64,000 bases of DNA from Paraspadella gotoi. Lineage: Eukaryota; Animalia; Chaetognatha. Below are positions 15,696 to 31,380 of the stretch, in pieces; position 1 is the stretch's first letter; each line of letters begins with the position of its first letter. The stretch covers positions 4,441,162-4,505,161 of the forward strand of contig CM119268.1 in assembly GCA_051294375.1 (NCBI GenBank), read 5' to 3'. The notes below the pieces were generated by a model. That model was not told the DNA's origin, did not search any database, and worked only from the letters and a program-made list of their open reading frames with translations. The position numbers were made by a program, and so were the translations under genes.

Positions 15696-16020
15696 AATCG
15701 CAGACAGAAAACCGTTATCGACATTTTTTCACGACGACAACCCAGAAAGCGAGGGAAAAAGTGCGTGTGTGCATCAAAGCTAGAGAAGAGAGAGAGAGAG
15801 GAGAGAGAGCGAGAGAGAGAGAGAAGAGAGAGAGAGAAGAGAGAGAGAGAGAGAAATCAAATCACATCGTACGGTACAGCAAATCGTATTATGTTATAAA
15901 AAACTTGGAGAGTATGTTGAGATAGACAGAGAGAGAGAGAGGAATTGAGGGAAAGTCAGAATACAAAGAAAGAAGAGAGAGAGAGAGAGGAGAGAGAGAG
16001 CAGGAATTGTGAGAAGAGAG

Positions 16021-16051
<31 letters not shown>

Positions 16052-16190
16052 TGAGAGAGAGAGTAACAACCTCGGATGCCTTTTTATGGTCGTATACGTC
16101 ACCCCCGGGAGGATGACGCCGAGTTTCCGCCTTCTTTGTGTTTACGGTCAGATTCGTGGAAAATTGAAGAAGTCCCGGAAAAACAAAAAG

Positions 16191-16221
<31 letters not shown>

Positions 16222-18871
16222 CGAGAAAGCGAAAGTGAATATTATTAATCATATTTTTGTTATATAAGATGACAACTGAACCAAAATATAACTTAAAATG
16301 TACATTGTTCTCTTTATTTAGCGATAAGTCGCTTTACTCTTTGTTTAAATTTTTCACTAACGAACACAAAAACTCGTCAATTTCGCTTTTTTCCTGTGAT
16401 CTCACTTTTTCCCAAAGTCATTCAGTAAAAACTCCTTTATTCTCACCAACTGCGCAAATTCGAGTTCATTTTTTTTGCGGCTTTTTTATTCGCTAACGAG
16501 AATAGATAAGATCATTTCGTCTGTCTTCTTTCTGTCTTCTTGTCATAATATCCTTTTATGTAGTTATATTGATAAGGCTGAAAAAGGAAAAGCATCATAT
16601 CATACATGCCTAATAATGGGCTTGATAAAGAAAAAAAAAAGGCTAAGGAGGATATCAGGAGAAAGAAAAACAAACGGAATAAAAAAAGAAGATATTTTTA
16701 TAAATCTAACTGACAGAAAAAACGAAAAACCTATAGCAAGAGGAGAATAGGAAATTATGCGTGAAATCAATAAAGCAATATGACAATTCAATTCAATTCA
16801 TTTACATCTTATTCTGTCTGGATTCGAATCACATTTTGCAACGAAAAATGCTTATCGACGAGTCCAAAAACTCTTTTCAACAATCCTCTTCCACGTTTCG
16901 TGAATCCGCTTCGATCCTCTGCCGCTTTTCCCCTCTCAGCGATTCCTTTTATCTTCGCGAACCCCATTCCTCGATGCATTTTTGGTTTTTTTTTTTCGTC
17001 TCGAGCGACGAGTGAATTTATTTCAGACGCTGGCGCGAAACCCATTAAAACGCAAATTACGACGACGAAACAAAAAGACGTCGCTCGGAAAAAAAAAGGG
17101 GACGGTGAGGAAAAAGAAGGAAGGTTTACTGTGAAGAAAACATAGTTAAGAGATTTTTTTTGGTCGTTGTGAATCGGTCTGTCCCTCTTCTCCGATCCGA
17201 TTGTCTTTATGTCCTGTTCTTTCTCTCTTGTAAGTCAATCAAATTTGGCTTTACCATTTTTTATTGAAAGATTTTCATGATTTCAATTTTTTTTAATTTG
17301 CAATTTTTTTTTTCAATTTTTAATTTCCGATTTAAAAAACTAAAATGAGCAGATATGAAAATCCAGGTATTAATCATTTCATAACCAAAGTAAGAGTTAA
17401 AAAAAGGCAACAGATCAGAACGAGGACCGACTAAACAATTAAACATTTTCCCGTTTTGAGAACAAAAATTGCAATAAAGCGACAACGGACGATAATAATT
17501 CGTCGCGGAAATCCTGCCAAAACGACAGCGACGTCTTCTTTTTTTTCTGTCGTCACAATTCGAGTCAAAACAAACAAATTTGAACGCGGTCCTTTTTTTT
17601 CTTTTTTTTTCTGTCGCTCTCTCTCTCTCTCTTCTCGTCTTCTCTCTCTCTCTCTCGCTTCCTCTCTTCTTTTTTTTTGCATTTTGTCAGGAAGAAAAGG
17701 CATCAGCTGTTTTTCCGTTGAAGAGCGAAACAAATTTCCGTGCCTCTTCGCTAAATCGTCGTCGACGTCGTCGTGTCGTCGTCTTCGTCTCATATCGTCG
17801 TCGTCATTTCTTCTCGTGGGATCAATTTGTAAATTGCGTTGAGAGAAAAGAAAATAAAAAAAGGTATAACAGAGGAGTCGGGGAAATTGCATAATCGCAG
17901 CGCCGACTGCAACTGTTAGGCGAATCTGCGTACCCCCTAACGGGTAAGTATGATGTGGGTGACAAAGGAGGTCCTAAAAGTCAAGGCAGATGTTCTCGTT
18001 CCAACAGGGAATGATTGATCACGGGCGCCGTGCATTGACAGTGCACCCTGGATCTACATGTATAAATCAGAAAGAACCACATAACCTATCAGTAACCAAC
18101 ACCTCTCCCTATAATCATTAATAACTCATGATAGCTGGAAAAGGAAAAGACATGGAATAACAATATCAATCAATGAATAATAAATGATAGACACGTGGTG
18201 AAACGTTTTATTGTTAATGAATTAATATTCAATGAATAAAAGTCCAATGATGAATCTTCACGAAGTTTCTTTCCGACACAACAGGACAACAACAAAGAAC
18301 AAACGACGACGACGACAAAAATGAAACGAGCAGCAACAATCACAACAAAGACGAAAACAAAACAACAATAAGAGGCGAGGCGAGGAACTGACCACGCGTC
18401 CGCTTAGATCTAAAAATAGAAAGAAAAAGTGAGTTTTCGCTCGACTTTATGGAACTGGGTCATGGTTTAAGATTCCCTGGAGGGCGCGTAGGAGGCTGTA
18501 AGGATAATTACTAGAATGGACATGGCATGACAAATTTCTCCCTGTCTTCTAACAAGCAAAAACAACTTGGGGGGGGGGGTGGTGTGTTCAGAGATATATA
18601 TGATATAATTGTTTAATAAAACCAAGCGAATAATGTTGAATTGATACTATATTTTCGTTTAATTTGTATTTCAAAAGCACATATATTTTAAGATTTACTT
18701 AGCATTTTTTTTATTTTGTTTAAAACAATAAAAATGTTTCCGAGATGTCAGAGGGAAGCATAAAATATTTTTTCACTGTAAAATCGTACTCGTTCTTCAA
18801 GCTGAAAAAAAACCATTTGGTTGTCAAAGTTTTTGAAAAAAAAAAGTGGAGAAAAAATATATGAAAGAGAG

Positions 18872-18902
<31 letters not shown>

Positions 18903-18919
18903 AGAGAGAGAGGAGAGAG

Positions 18920-18968
<49 letters not shown>

Positions 18969-19721
18969 GATAGAGAGGAGAGAGAGGGAGAGAGAGAGAG
19001 AGGAGAGAGAGAGAAGGAGAGAGAGAGAGAGAGAGAGAGAAGAGACACAGCTTGGCATGCAGTCGTTTAATGGGCGTCCAAAGGTCTCCAGCTTCACGAC
19101 AAACTCAAGGTTTGCTCGCGAGACGATTTTCAACTTGAGACTTCTAACCAAGCAATCAATGGTTTTAACATTAAAGCAAGTTTATTCTTGTTTTTTTTTC
19201 ACGAAAAAGAGTGAGGAAGTAGGAACCAAGACAGTTTGATTAAATGTCAACCTTTATCATAATTAATTAATTGTCCTAATTTAAAGAATGTGATCGATGC
19301 CTAATTTTTATCGCTCGTCATTAACCTCAACTCCAGAACCGCAATCGGAAATTGGCCGAGAATTCTCGGTGACTGGACTGATTAGCCGGAAATAATCGGC
19401 CGCGTGATCGTGAGACTCGAGGGTAAGTTAGAGACGGGGCGACGAGTAGTAAGTTGGGACCAGAATCGACGTGAAGTGAGATTTATTGGATTTTGGGAGG
19501 GAACAAATTTTTTGAAGCCAAAGTCGATGACAAGGACGACGACGCGAGACGAAGACGACCGACGACGACCGAACAAACCTTGAGTACGACAATTTGGTAG
19601 ATGCTGACAGGGGTGACGCCGATAACAATTGATAACGGCGCTGACAATGACAGCGAGACAACCGTAAAACGAGACGTCCGCCTTCTCTCGACCTTTGACC
19701 TCTGCTGGTTCTTTCTCCTAG

Positions 19722-19808
<87 letters not shown>

Positions 19809-20979
19809 ATCTCTCTCTCCTCTCCCTTTGTTTCCCAATTGTACCAAACCCAGGATTTTTCCTCTTAAAGAGCTAACATTTCTCTCGCTTTCGAAAACGA
19901 TCACCCTGTATGACCGTTCCACTTTTTCATACGATCACCCACTAAGCCTCAAAATAACTGACTTCATTTTCCTCGCTTCTTTTCTTTTTCCCTCTTTTTT
20001 CTTTTTCCCTCCTTTACGACCGTCCACCGCGAGTGGTTTTTTTCCCACCGGACAAAAGGTAATCACATTACCCATAGGTTTTTTTTTTTCCCCGTCGTCG
20101 TACAACCGGAGAGAAGACCCGACCGGACGATTCAACCATCGATCAACTTTCGTCGAGTGATTTTGAGGTGGGGATGGAAGAGAGGAAAGGGTGGCTGGTG
20201 GCAGGTGGCAGGTGAAGGGGGAAGGTGGAGGTGGCAGTGGATGGGGAAGGTGGAAGGTGGAAGGTGGAAGTGGAGGACGAAGCTATTCTTCGCTCGGACT
20301 TGAAGGTTAATGGAGTTTGGGGAAATTAAAAGAGGTTAAGAAGGGATAGGTAAGTGGAGGTAAGTTAGAGGCACGAAGTAAAAATATATAAGAGTTTAAG
20401 AAAAAAGTTGGCTGTTTTTCCTTGCGGTTCCGTCTATTCGTCTTGTTTTAAATTAAAGTGAGAATCGACACAGTGTCAAGTGTACTGACTACTGAGGTCT
20501 CACAGAGAGTGGGAGTCCAGTGGGTTTTCTGAAGGTTAAGAAAGCATGCAGCTTGAGGGTGCGTGAACCTTTGAAATTCGGGGCGTCCAAACGGGATGGT
20601 AGACTCACGGTAGCTTATGGAGTTGTGAGCTCCTGGTGGCTAAGGAGTGATAGAAAGGTTTAGTGACAAGTAGAATTGTGAAATTCATTTGGATTGAGGT
20701 AGATAGAGCAGAAAGAAGTTTGCGAGGCTCTGGAGGCAAAGGATGGATTTTTTTCCAGTTCAGTGAGGACTATAGGAGAGATGCGAGGTTGACTGCGGCA
20801 GAGGGACGGGTAGGGCAAAGGAGGAAAATTGTGAGGGTAAGGGGGTAAAAGTAGGTTGAGGGGTTGAGGGGAGGTTAAGGGGCAAAGTGTCACTCGGTCG
20901 AATTCGGACAACGAAACCGGATCTTTTTATGACCTTAACGACTCGGTCGCTTCGAGGGAGGGGGAACTTAACTTGATGA

Positions 20980-21081
<102 letters not shown>

Positions 21082-21938
21082 TTGTCCTCTCTGTAATTTT
21101 CTCCTTTTTTCCCAATTCTGATTGGCAATTTTCTCTTAAGCTTTCGCTCTTTGTGTGATTGGCAAGAGAAATAGCTCGGTCCAAAGCTTGGCCCGAAGCA
21201 AGGATTCTCATTTCAACCAAGCTTTGGCTCTGAATTCGAGGTTTTTACGAGAGTAAACAGTGATTCGAATAGAAGAAGTTCTATCTCTCTCTCTATCTTT
21301 TTCTCTCTCTCCTCTCTCTTTTAATCGCCTTCCATTAAACCTGACCAACGAGTATGTCCCGGTTTTTAGGTTTCAAGATTTCTTATTAGGAAACTGATGA
21401 AAGGAAAGATAAGAAAACAAAGTTAGTAAATCATTTAAGGAAAAACTCATGGATTTATAGGTCGAAATCAACACGATGTTATTCTGAGTAAATAAAGGTG
21501 ACGGTGAGAAGCACGAGGGAGTCTGAATCAATGCTACTGAAACTAAGAGAGAACTAAATCTATTTTATAACAGAAGACAGGATCAGAGGCAAGAGTGATT
21601 TTGACAGCTCCATCGTTTCCTGCAAGCCTATTCGTTGGTTCCGGTTCCGTCTCGGCATTCAGCGTTCAATTAGAAATTAGGTTAGGGATTAGAGTTAAGT
21701 TATTTAAAATTCCGGGATAAAGGACCAGAAAAGGAGCGTTCTGAGAAAAGAGTGCCCAAATGACCCGGAATTAAGGTAAAGCCCAAATTGTGGCCTCAAA
21801 CAATTTTTTTTTTTCTTTTTTAATTTTTATTCTATGAATGAATTAGTTTATGTCTGGACCCGATTTTGCAGAAAATGTCGAGGCGTGATGTTGAATGAAG
21901 CGAAGGTGGAGAGAGTGAAGAGAGAGAGGAGAAGAGAG

Positions 21939-22013
<75 letters not shown>

Positions 22014-22658
22014 GAGAGAGAGTAGCGACCCCTAAAAATGGCTGCGACATCGAAAAAGCATGTTTTTGAAGAAGAGAGATAAACTCAAGGATACGCGTTG
22101 CAATTTTTTTTATTTGCTGCCAAAGAGGCGTTTTTTTTCTCCCGCTGAGCTGCCAAAGAGGCGAGTTTTGCTGAACTTTGATTCGATTTTTTTTTTATAT
22201 TAACTTTATGATTTGGTTCATGCAGCTGTCGTTTCCCTCGGTTCTCTTCTCAAGATAGAGAAGGAAATGATCGGCCATGAAACTTATCCATTCAGCCGCC
22301 AAGTCTGACCTTTTTCCATTTTTGACCACAGAGTCCAGAATCACCGCAATCACCAGAATCACCAGATTCACATTTCCATCTCGCTGCACTCTGTTTGCAT
22401 GGCTGGAACCTTAACTTACTCACCCCATATCTTACTCATAGCGACAGCCTTTCATTTTTGATAACTTACACATCGCTGCCATGACCCTACCATACCTTTA
22501 CCTCACCCAAGCTTCGCCTCAGTATTTTTTGCCTCAACAAAATCGTTACAGTTCACAACAACAACAGCAGCAACAACAACAACAACTTTCCTTTTTTCAT
22601 TTTCTTTTTTTTTTCCTCGCCTTTTTTGTCGCGTCTCTCCGATAAATGCTTTCCAACC

Positions 22659-22755
<97 letters not shown>

Positions 22756-22857
22756 TGTTCTTTTCCTTCCCCCATACATATCGAGCACAAACAGAATTTT
22801 AATTCTCTCTATATTCCACTGGCGCCAAATTCACTTAAGATGTTGTCGCCGTATTCT

Positions 22858-22888
<31 letters not shown>

Positions 22889-25800
22889 CGACGTTCCCCT
22901 ATTTCAGTGGAATGAAATCAATACTTTTTTTGTAAGTTTTTTTTTTTAAATGCGAAAGAATTTAAGCGAATATAAATATAATTTTTGTAACATTTTTTTA
23001 AAAAAACCTGTTGTTTTATTAAAAGACCGACTAATTACGTAGCTTATGTTTGAGGGAGGAAATTGTGAAAGTTTTGAATAAAAATGTTTAGATGTGTAAA
23101 GTCCCAGCTTGAAGTGAAAAGCTCCGCCTTGGGGTCAAAGATCAGTCGGTAAGGACAGAGGACTTAATTTGGATTCAGGATCCTTTGATTTTTTGTAAAT
23201 AATCTGAAAACTGCTTCTCCTGTGGAAAAACACTCAACGTTAGACTTAACCTTCATCCATCCAATTAAACATGTGTGTCTTATCTCATTTCCACGACTAA
23301 GGTTTCAGATTAATGCTCGGAAACCTGTTTGCCCCAGTAAATTTTTTTTCTCAGAGAGATCCATCTCCCATCTTTTGTTCTCTTTTACGAAGGTGCCCCA
23401 TTTCAAGTCATATTCAGAATTAAGTTTGTTTTTAGCGTTTGATAATTAGTTTAGGGCTTAGGGATACGGAGTAGGATAGATCTCTTCTCTTTTTTTNNNN
23501 NNNNNNNNNNNNNNNNNNNNNTTCTTTCTTTCTTTCTTTCTTTCTTTCTTTCATTCATTCAATTTTCTTTTTAATTTACGGTTTCCTTTCTTTTCTGTCT
23601 AAGACTGAGGTTAAATATACGTAGGAAAACAATAAACGTCGTAACGACGACGAAAAAAACGACGACGAAGACGAAGACACCGACGAAGACGACGAAGACG
23701 ACGACGACAAAAATGACGACGACGACGACTAAAAGGAAAAACTCAAGGACTCGTGTCAATTTGAGGCACCTGCTTCAGCTACAACGACGACGACAACAAC
23801 AACGATAACGACGTTCGTAGCGTTATGACCAAATAAAGAAAGTCCACATTGAAAACAAAGACCAGAACGACCGAAGGCAATCATCTGTTTCAAGCCCCTC
23901 CTCCCAATAAAACTTTTCTTAACGCGACGCCATTTTACTTTCCATTTTCCTCAGGCCCCCTTCGTCTTCCTCCTTCAACCTTTCTTATTTTTTTAATATC
24001 CTTGATTCTCTATATTTCCTATCTTCCTTAAAAGTCGGCGATCAAATCCTCTTTTCCATTTACTTTAATCTCTTCTACATAATTCATAATTCAGCACTAT
24101 TTACAAATAATAATATTGATTTTTAAGCTCGTTTTTAAAACTAAAAACTAAAATGCAAATGAGGTTTGAAGTGAGGCTCTAAAAAAATAAATGATCAATC
24201 CGAAAGTCAAAGCGGCTAAACTCCTTGGAATTCGAGTTCATTGTTCCCATAACTTCCACCTTATCTCTCCACCTTCCTCACCCCCCCTTTTCTCTTCTTA
24301 AGTATTCCACCACTTCCTCTCTTGAGAGAGCATCTCTTCTTCCCTCCCCTTCCTCTGCCTCCCCTCTTCCTCCTTCTCGCCCCCCCTTCCTTTCACTCCC
24401 TCCCCCCTGTTTCTTCTTCCCCCTCCCAACCTTCTTCCCCTCTCTCCTCCCCCCCCCTCCTCTTCTTCCCGCTTTCTCCCACTTTTCATCCTCCCTATCT
24501 CCTCTCTTGCCTCTCCCTTCTTCCTTCTCCTCCCCCTCTCTCTTCTTCCCTCCCCCTTTCCTCTCCTCTCCTCTCTTCTTCTTCTCTCCGCCCTCTTCCT
24601 CTCTCCTTCTTCAATTTCGCGAAAAAAAGTGAATGTTCGTGCGTGAAGCGAAATTCAGTTCATGAGTACCGAGCCTCGCTTTCTTTCTCTTCTCTCTCTT
24701 CTCTCTCTCTCTCACTCTCTCTCTTCTCTCTCTCTTCTCTCTTCTCTCTCTCTCTCTCTCTCCCCTTCTTACTANNNNNNNNNNNNNNNNNNNNNNNNNA
24801 TTTTTATTCTCTTAATCTTTCTCTTATCTCTCTGTTCTCCCTCTTTATTTCTGTCTCTTCCTTTTACTTTCTTCCTTTTCTTTTTCTTTTCACCTTCCTT
24901 TCCCTTTCTTTAGGTTTTCCTTATTTACCACTCTAGCCTACTTTTTGCTTATTATCCTTTTTTTAACGTTCCTCCTCTATGAAAAAAGCGAGAAAAAAAA
25001 GGTTATATGTACCTCGTTATTTAAATATAGAAAGATCGCAAGCAATCAAGTTGAAACCGAATGACAACCAATCTAGTGGTCAAACAAATAGCATTTGGTA
25101 ACATAAAAGTTTTTAAATTAATTAAATCTGAATTAAATCTCTTGAAGATACAAGCTAAATAAACTTAATAAATGAATTAAAGCAGACAAAGTAAACAATT
25201 TAGGTGCAATAAAACCAGTATGAAATTAATCCAGTGATAAAACTCAGTGATTGAATCTCACAACAACAAAAAATTGAGGGAAATTTACGTGAGCCCAACC
25301 AGATTACGCCAAGCATCACAATATTGTAATTTGTAAATAATCAATAATTCATTTTTGCTTTATATTTCCACCTTGAATATCCTTTATTATCTTTCTATGT
25401 TCCCCTTTTTTCCCTCACTCCAGGCTCCTCCCCTTCTTTTCCCCCTTATTAGCCGCTCTCTCTCCGTCCACGCTCTCTTGAATATTTCAATCAACTATAT
25501 CGCCATTTGTTCAGAGCTTAGTCGCTCGTCCGACAGAGGGGGGAGGAAGGAGGAGGAGGGGTAAGAGGAGGAGAAGCCGGAGGAGGCATATATAGCTAAA
25601 CCCTGTTTGAGAGTGTGATTCGACTGCCTCCAACTGGTCGATTATATCATGACTGATGAATTCACCCTCCTCGTTTGCTAATAAATACACTCCTCTACTT
25701 TTGAGCATCTTTCTATTCCTCCTCCGGCGCCTGAAAAACAGGTGTGTCTCTGAAAAATAGGAGTGTATTTACAAGTAAATGAGGAGCATGAATTCATAAA

Positions 25801-26235
25801 ATTATGAAATCATGATTTTATTAGTAAGTTAGTGGTAGTCGAATCATAGTCAAAAACAGCGCTTTACTATAAGTGGGAGCAGGAAGAGGAGGAGGAAGAA
25901 GAGGAGGAGTATTTTTTTTTCTCAAACGAAAAAAAACGAGGGAAAATGGGATTAGAACGAAAATCGGAGTCAAGAGAAACACAGTGACGCGTTATCGGAA
26001 ATAGTTACGGGCATTGATCCACGTTTAGAAGACGTTAACAAAATTAAAGAAGAAATAACGGCTGAACAAGAAAAAAATTCTCTTGGATGTATTTTATATA
26101 TTTAAAAATATGTTTAAACTCAACGTTTAAAATAAAGAAAATTACCTTAATGAGTTTGAAAAAAGAGGCTTTAGGTAATTTTCAAGGAAAAAGACGTCAC
26201 AGTCGATAATTCACGAGGAAACAGTGAATCGTGAC

Positions 26236-26292
<57 letters not shown>

Positions 26293-26343
26293 TTGACGAG
26301 GAAACGCGATGAGAAACATGGCGGAAATGCCGATGGTGATGAG

Positions 26344-26381
<38 letters not shown>

Positions 26382-26908
26382 AATCGCAGACAGAAAACCG
26401 TTATCGACATTTTTTCACGACGACAACCCAGAAAGCGAGGGAAAAAGTGCGTGTGTGCATCAAAGCTAGAGAAGAGAGAGAGAGAGGAGAGAGAGCGAGA
26501 GAGAGAGAGAAGAGAGAGAGAGAAGAGAGAGAGAGAGAGCAAAATCGACCCAAATCACATCGTACGATATACCATGCATGAATTCGATGATTTAAATATG
26601 ATTAATAAAAAAAAACTTGGGGAGTAGTATAGTTGTAGAGGAAAGAGACGAGAGAGAGAGAGAGGAATTGAGGGAAAGTCAGGAATACAAAGAAAGAAGA
26701 GAGAGAGAGAGAGGAGAGAGAGAGAGAAGAGAAGAGAGAGAGACGAGAGAGAGAGAGAGAGAGCAGAGAGTGAGAGAGAGAGTAACAACCTCGGATGGCC
26801 TTTTATGGTCGTAATACGTCACCCGCCGGGAGGATGACGCCGAGTTTCCGCCTTCTTTGTGTTTACGGTCAGATTCGTTTGGAAAATTGAAGGAAAGTCC
26901 GGAAAAAC

Positions 26909-26949
<41 letters not shown>

Positions 26950-28365
26950 AAGTGAATATTTAAGTTAATCCAATATTTTGTTATATAAGATGACAAAACT
27001 GAACCAAATATAACTTAAAATGTACATTTGTTCTCTTTATTTTAGCGATAAGTCGCTTTACTCTTTGTTTATAATTTTTCACTAACGAACACAAAACTCG
27101 TCAATTTCGCTTTTTCCTGTGATCTCACTTTTCCCAAAGTCATTCACGTGAAAGGAAACTCCTTTATTCTCACCAACTGCGCAATTCGAGTTCATTTTTT
27201 TGCGGCTCTTTTTATTCGCTAGACGAGAATAAATAAGATCATTATCAGTCTGTCTCTCTTTCTGTCTGTCTGTATATATATCCTTTTATGTAGTTAAATA
27301 TTGATAAGCTGAAAAAGGAAAAGCATTCAATATCATACATTGCCTAAATAATGGGCTTTGATAAAGAAAAAAAAAAGAGGCTAACGGAAAGATAATACGA
27401 GGAGAAAGGAAAAACAAACGGAATAAAAAAAAGAAGATATTTTTATCAAATCTAACTGACAGAAAAAACGAAAAACCTATAGCAAAGAGGAGAATAGGAA
27501 ATTATGCGTGAAATAAATAAAGCAAATATGACAATTCAATTCAATTCCATTACATCTAATTCTGTCTGGATTCGAATCACATTTTGCAACGAAAAATGCC
27601 TTATCGACGAGTCAAAACTCTTTCACAATCCTCTTCCACGTTTCGTGAATCCTGCTTCGATCCTCTGCCGCTTTTTCCCCTCCTCAGCGATTCCCTTTTA
27701 TCTTTCGCCGAACCCCATTCCTCGATGCCATTTTGTTTTTTTTTTCGTCTCCGAGCGACGAGTGAATTATTTCAGACGCTGGCGGCGAAACCCATTAAAA
27801 CGCAAATTACGACGACGAAACAAAAGACGTCGCTCGGAAAAAAAAAGGGGACGGTGAGGAAAAAGAAGGAAGGTTCTACTGTGAAGAAAACATAGTTAAG
27901 AGATTTTTTTTTGGTCGTTGTGGAAGTCGGTCTGTCCCTCTTCTCGATCCGATTGTCCTTATGTCTGTTCTTTCCGTCTTGTAAGTCAATCAAATTTGGC
28001 TTTACCATTTTTTATTGAAAGATTTTCATTGATTTCAATTTTTTTTAATTTGCAATTTTTTTTTCAATTTTTCAATTTCCGATTTAAACTAAAATGAGCA
28101 GATATGAAAAATCCAGGTATTAATCATTTCATAACCAAAGTAGAGTTAAAAAAAGGCAACAAGATCAGAACGAGGACCGACTAAACAATTAAACATTTCC
28201 CGTTTTGAGAACAAAAAATTGCAATAAAGCGACAACGACGATAATAAATCGTCGCGGAAATCCTGCCAAACGACAGCGACCGTCTCTTTTTTTCCTGTCG
28301 TCACAATTTCGAGTCAAAACAAACAAATTTGAACTCGGTCCTTTTTTTTCTTTTTTTCTTCTGTC

Positions 28366-28421
<56 letters not shown>

Positions 28422-28716
28422 CTCTCTCTCGCTCTCTCTCTTCTTTTTTTTTGTCATTTTGTCAGGAAGAAAAGGCATCAGCTGTTTTTCCGTTGAAGAG
28501 CGAAAACAAATTCCGTGCCTCTTCGCTAAATCGTCGTCGACGTCGTCGTGGTCGTCGTCTTCGTCTTCATAATCGTCGTCGTCATTGTGCCTCTCTCTCC
28601 TTCGTCTGTCGAGTGAATCAAATTTTGTAAATTGCGTTGAGAAGAAAAGAAAAAAAAAAGTAAATAAACAGAGGACGTCGTGGAAATTGCATAATCGTCA
28701 ACGCCGACTGCAACTG

Positions 28717-29070
28717 TTAGGGGGCGAATCCTGCGTACCCCCTAACGGGTAGTGATGAGTGTGGGGTGACCAAAGGAGTGTCACTAAAAGTCAAGGCGTG
28801 GCAGAATGTCTCGTTCCAACCAGGGAATGATTGATCACGGGCGGCCGTGCATTGACAGTGCACCCTGGAATCTACACTGTAATAAATCAGAAGAACCACA
28901 TAACCTATCAGTAACCCAACACCTCTCCTATAATCATTAATAACTCATGATAGCTGGAAAGGAAAGACATTGAATAACAAATATCAATCAATGAATAATA
29001 AATGAATAGACACGTGGTGAAACGTTTTATTTGTTAATGAATTAATATTCAAATGAATAAAAGTCCAATG
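28717..29070 (-). pseudogene. Non-LTR retrotransposon (CR1/L2-like) APE endonuclease N-terminal relic (copies at ~17915-18255 and ~54760-55115)
   Basis: Minus strand WTFIHLNINSLTNK...LLMIIGECWVTD (ORF 54932-55222), then IPG and RGYAGFA. These match the APE motifs hLNxxSLxxK, ExW and GGVA in order. Confidence 0.65.
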
Positions 29071-29774
29071 ATGAATCTTCACGAAAGTTTCTTCCCGACA
29101 CAACAAGGACAACAACAAAGAACAAACGACGACGACGACAAAAATGAAACGAGAGCAACAATCACAACAAAGACGACAACAAAAACAACAATAAGAGGCG
29201 AGGCGAGGAACTGACCACGCGTCGCTTAGATTCTAAAAATAGAAAGAAAAAGTGAGTTTTCGCTCGACTTTATGGAACTGGGTCATGGTTTAAGATTCCC
29301 TGGAGGGCGGCGTAGGGAGGCTGTAAGGATAATTACTAGAATGGACATCATGACAAATTTCTCCCTGTCTCTCTAACAAGCAAAACAACTTGGGGGGGGG
29401 GTAGGAGCCCCTGTTCAGAATACGTAATTATAAAATATGACTAAATTGTTTAATAAACCAAAAGCGAATAATGTTGAATGATACTATGATTTTCGTTAAT
29501 TGTATTTCAAAAGCACATATATTTAAGATTTACTTAGCATTTTTTTTAATGTTTAAAACAATAAAAATGTTTCCGAGATGTCACGAGGGAAGCATAAAAT
29601 ATTTTTCACTTAAAATCGTACTCGTTCTTCGAAAGCTGAAAAAACCATTTGGTTGTCAAGTTTTTGAAAAAAAAAGTGGAGAAAAAATATATGAAAAGAG
29701 AAAGAAAGAAAGAAAGAAAGAAAGNNNNNNNNNNNNNNNNNNNNNNNNNAGAGAGAGAGAGAGAGAGGAGAGAG

Positions 29775-29827
<53 letters not shown>

Positions 29828-29857
29828 AGAGAGGAGAGAGAGGAGAGAGAGAGAGAG

Positions 29858-29894
<37 letters not shown>

Positions 29895-30397
29895 AGAGAC
29901 ACAGCTTGGCATGCAGTCAAGTTTAATGGGCGTCCAAAGGTCTCCAGCTTCACGGACAAACTCAAGGTTTGCTTCCGCGAGACGATTTTCAACTTGAGAC
30001 TTCTAACCAAGCAATCATGGTTTTAACATTAAAGCAAGTTATTCTTGTTTTTTTTTCACGAAAAAAGATGAGGAAGTAGAACCAAGACAGTTTGATTAAA
30101 TTGTCAACCTTTATCATAATTAATTAATTGTCCTAATTTAAAGAATGTGATCGATGCCTAAATTTTTATCGCTCGATCATTAACCTCAACTCCAGAACCG
30201 CAATCGGAAAATTGGCCGAGAATTCTCGGTGACTGACTGATTCGCCGGAAATAATCGGCCGCGTGATCGTGAGACTCGAGGGTAAGTTAGAGACGGGGCG
30301 ACGAGTAAGTAAGTTGCGGACAGAATCGACGTGAAGTGAGATTTATTGGATTTTGGGAGGGAACAAATTTTTTGAAGCCAAAGTCGATGACAAGGAC

Positions 30398-30429
<32 letters not shown>

Positions 30430-30589
30430 CGACCGAAAAACCTTGAGTACGACAATTTGGTAGATGCTGACAGGGGTGACGCCGATAACAATGATAACGG
30501 CGCTGACAATGACAGCGACGACAACCGTAAAAAACGAGGACGTCCGCCTTCTCTCCGACCTTTGACCTCTGCCTGGTTCTTTCTCCTAG

Positions 30590-30678
<89 letters not shown>

Positions 30679-31065
30679 CTCTCCCTCTCCCTTTGTTTCC
30701 CAATTGTACAAACCCAAGGAATTTTTCCTGCTTAAAGAGCTAACATTTCTCTCGCTTTCGAAAACGATCACCCTGTATTGACCGTTCCACTTTTTCATAC
30801 GATCACCCACTAAGCCTCAAAATCAACTGACTTCACTTTTCCTCGCTTTCTTTTCTTTTTTCCCTTCTTTTTTCTTTTTCCCTCCCTTTACGACTGTCCA
30901 CCGCGAGTGAATTTTTTTCCCCCGGACAAAAGGTTCAATCACATTACCCTAGGTTTTTTTTTTTCCCGTCGGTCGTACAACCGAGAGAGACCGACCGACC
31001 GATTCAAACCACTCGATCAACTTTCGTCGAGGTGATTTTGAGGTGGGGATGGAAGAGAGGAAAGG

Positions 31066-31155
31066 GTGGCTGGTGGCAGGTGGCAGGTGGAAGGGGGAAG
31101 GTGGCAGGTGGCAGGTGGAATGGGGAAGGTGGAAGGTGGAAGGTGGAAGTGGAGG
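31066..31155. repeat. (GGTGGCA/GGTGGAA)n 7-mer G-rich tract (present in each duplicate copy)
   Basis: Direct reading; also at ~20190, ~35620 and ~57125. Confidence 0.85.
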
Positions 31156-31380
31156 ACGAAGCTATTCTTCGCTTCGAGACTTGAATGGTTAATGGAGTTT
31201 GGGGAAATTAAAAGAGGTTAAGAGGGATTAGGTAAGTTGGAGGTAAGTTAGAGGCACGAGTAAAAATATATAAGAGTTTAAGAAAAAGTTGGGCTGTTTT
31301 TCCTTGCGGTTCCGTCTATTCGTCTTGTTTTAAATTAAAGTGAGAATCGACAACAGTGATCAAGTGTACTGACTACTGAG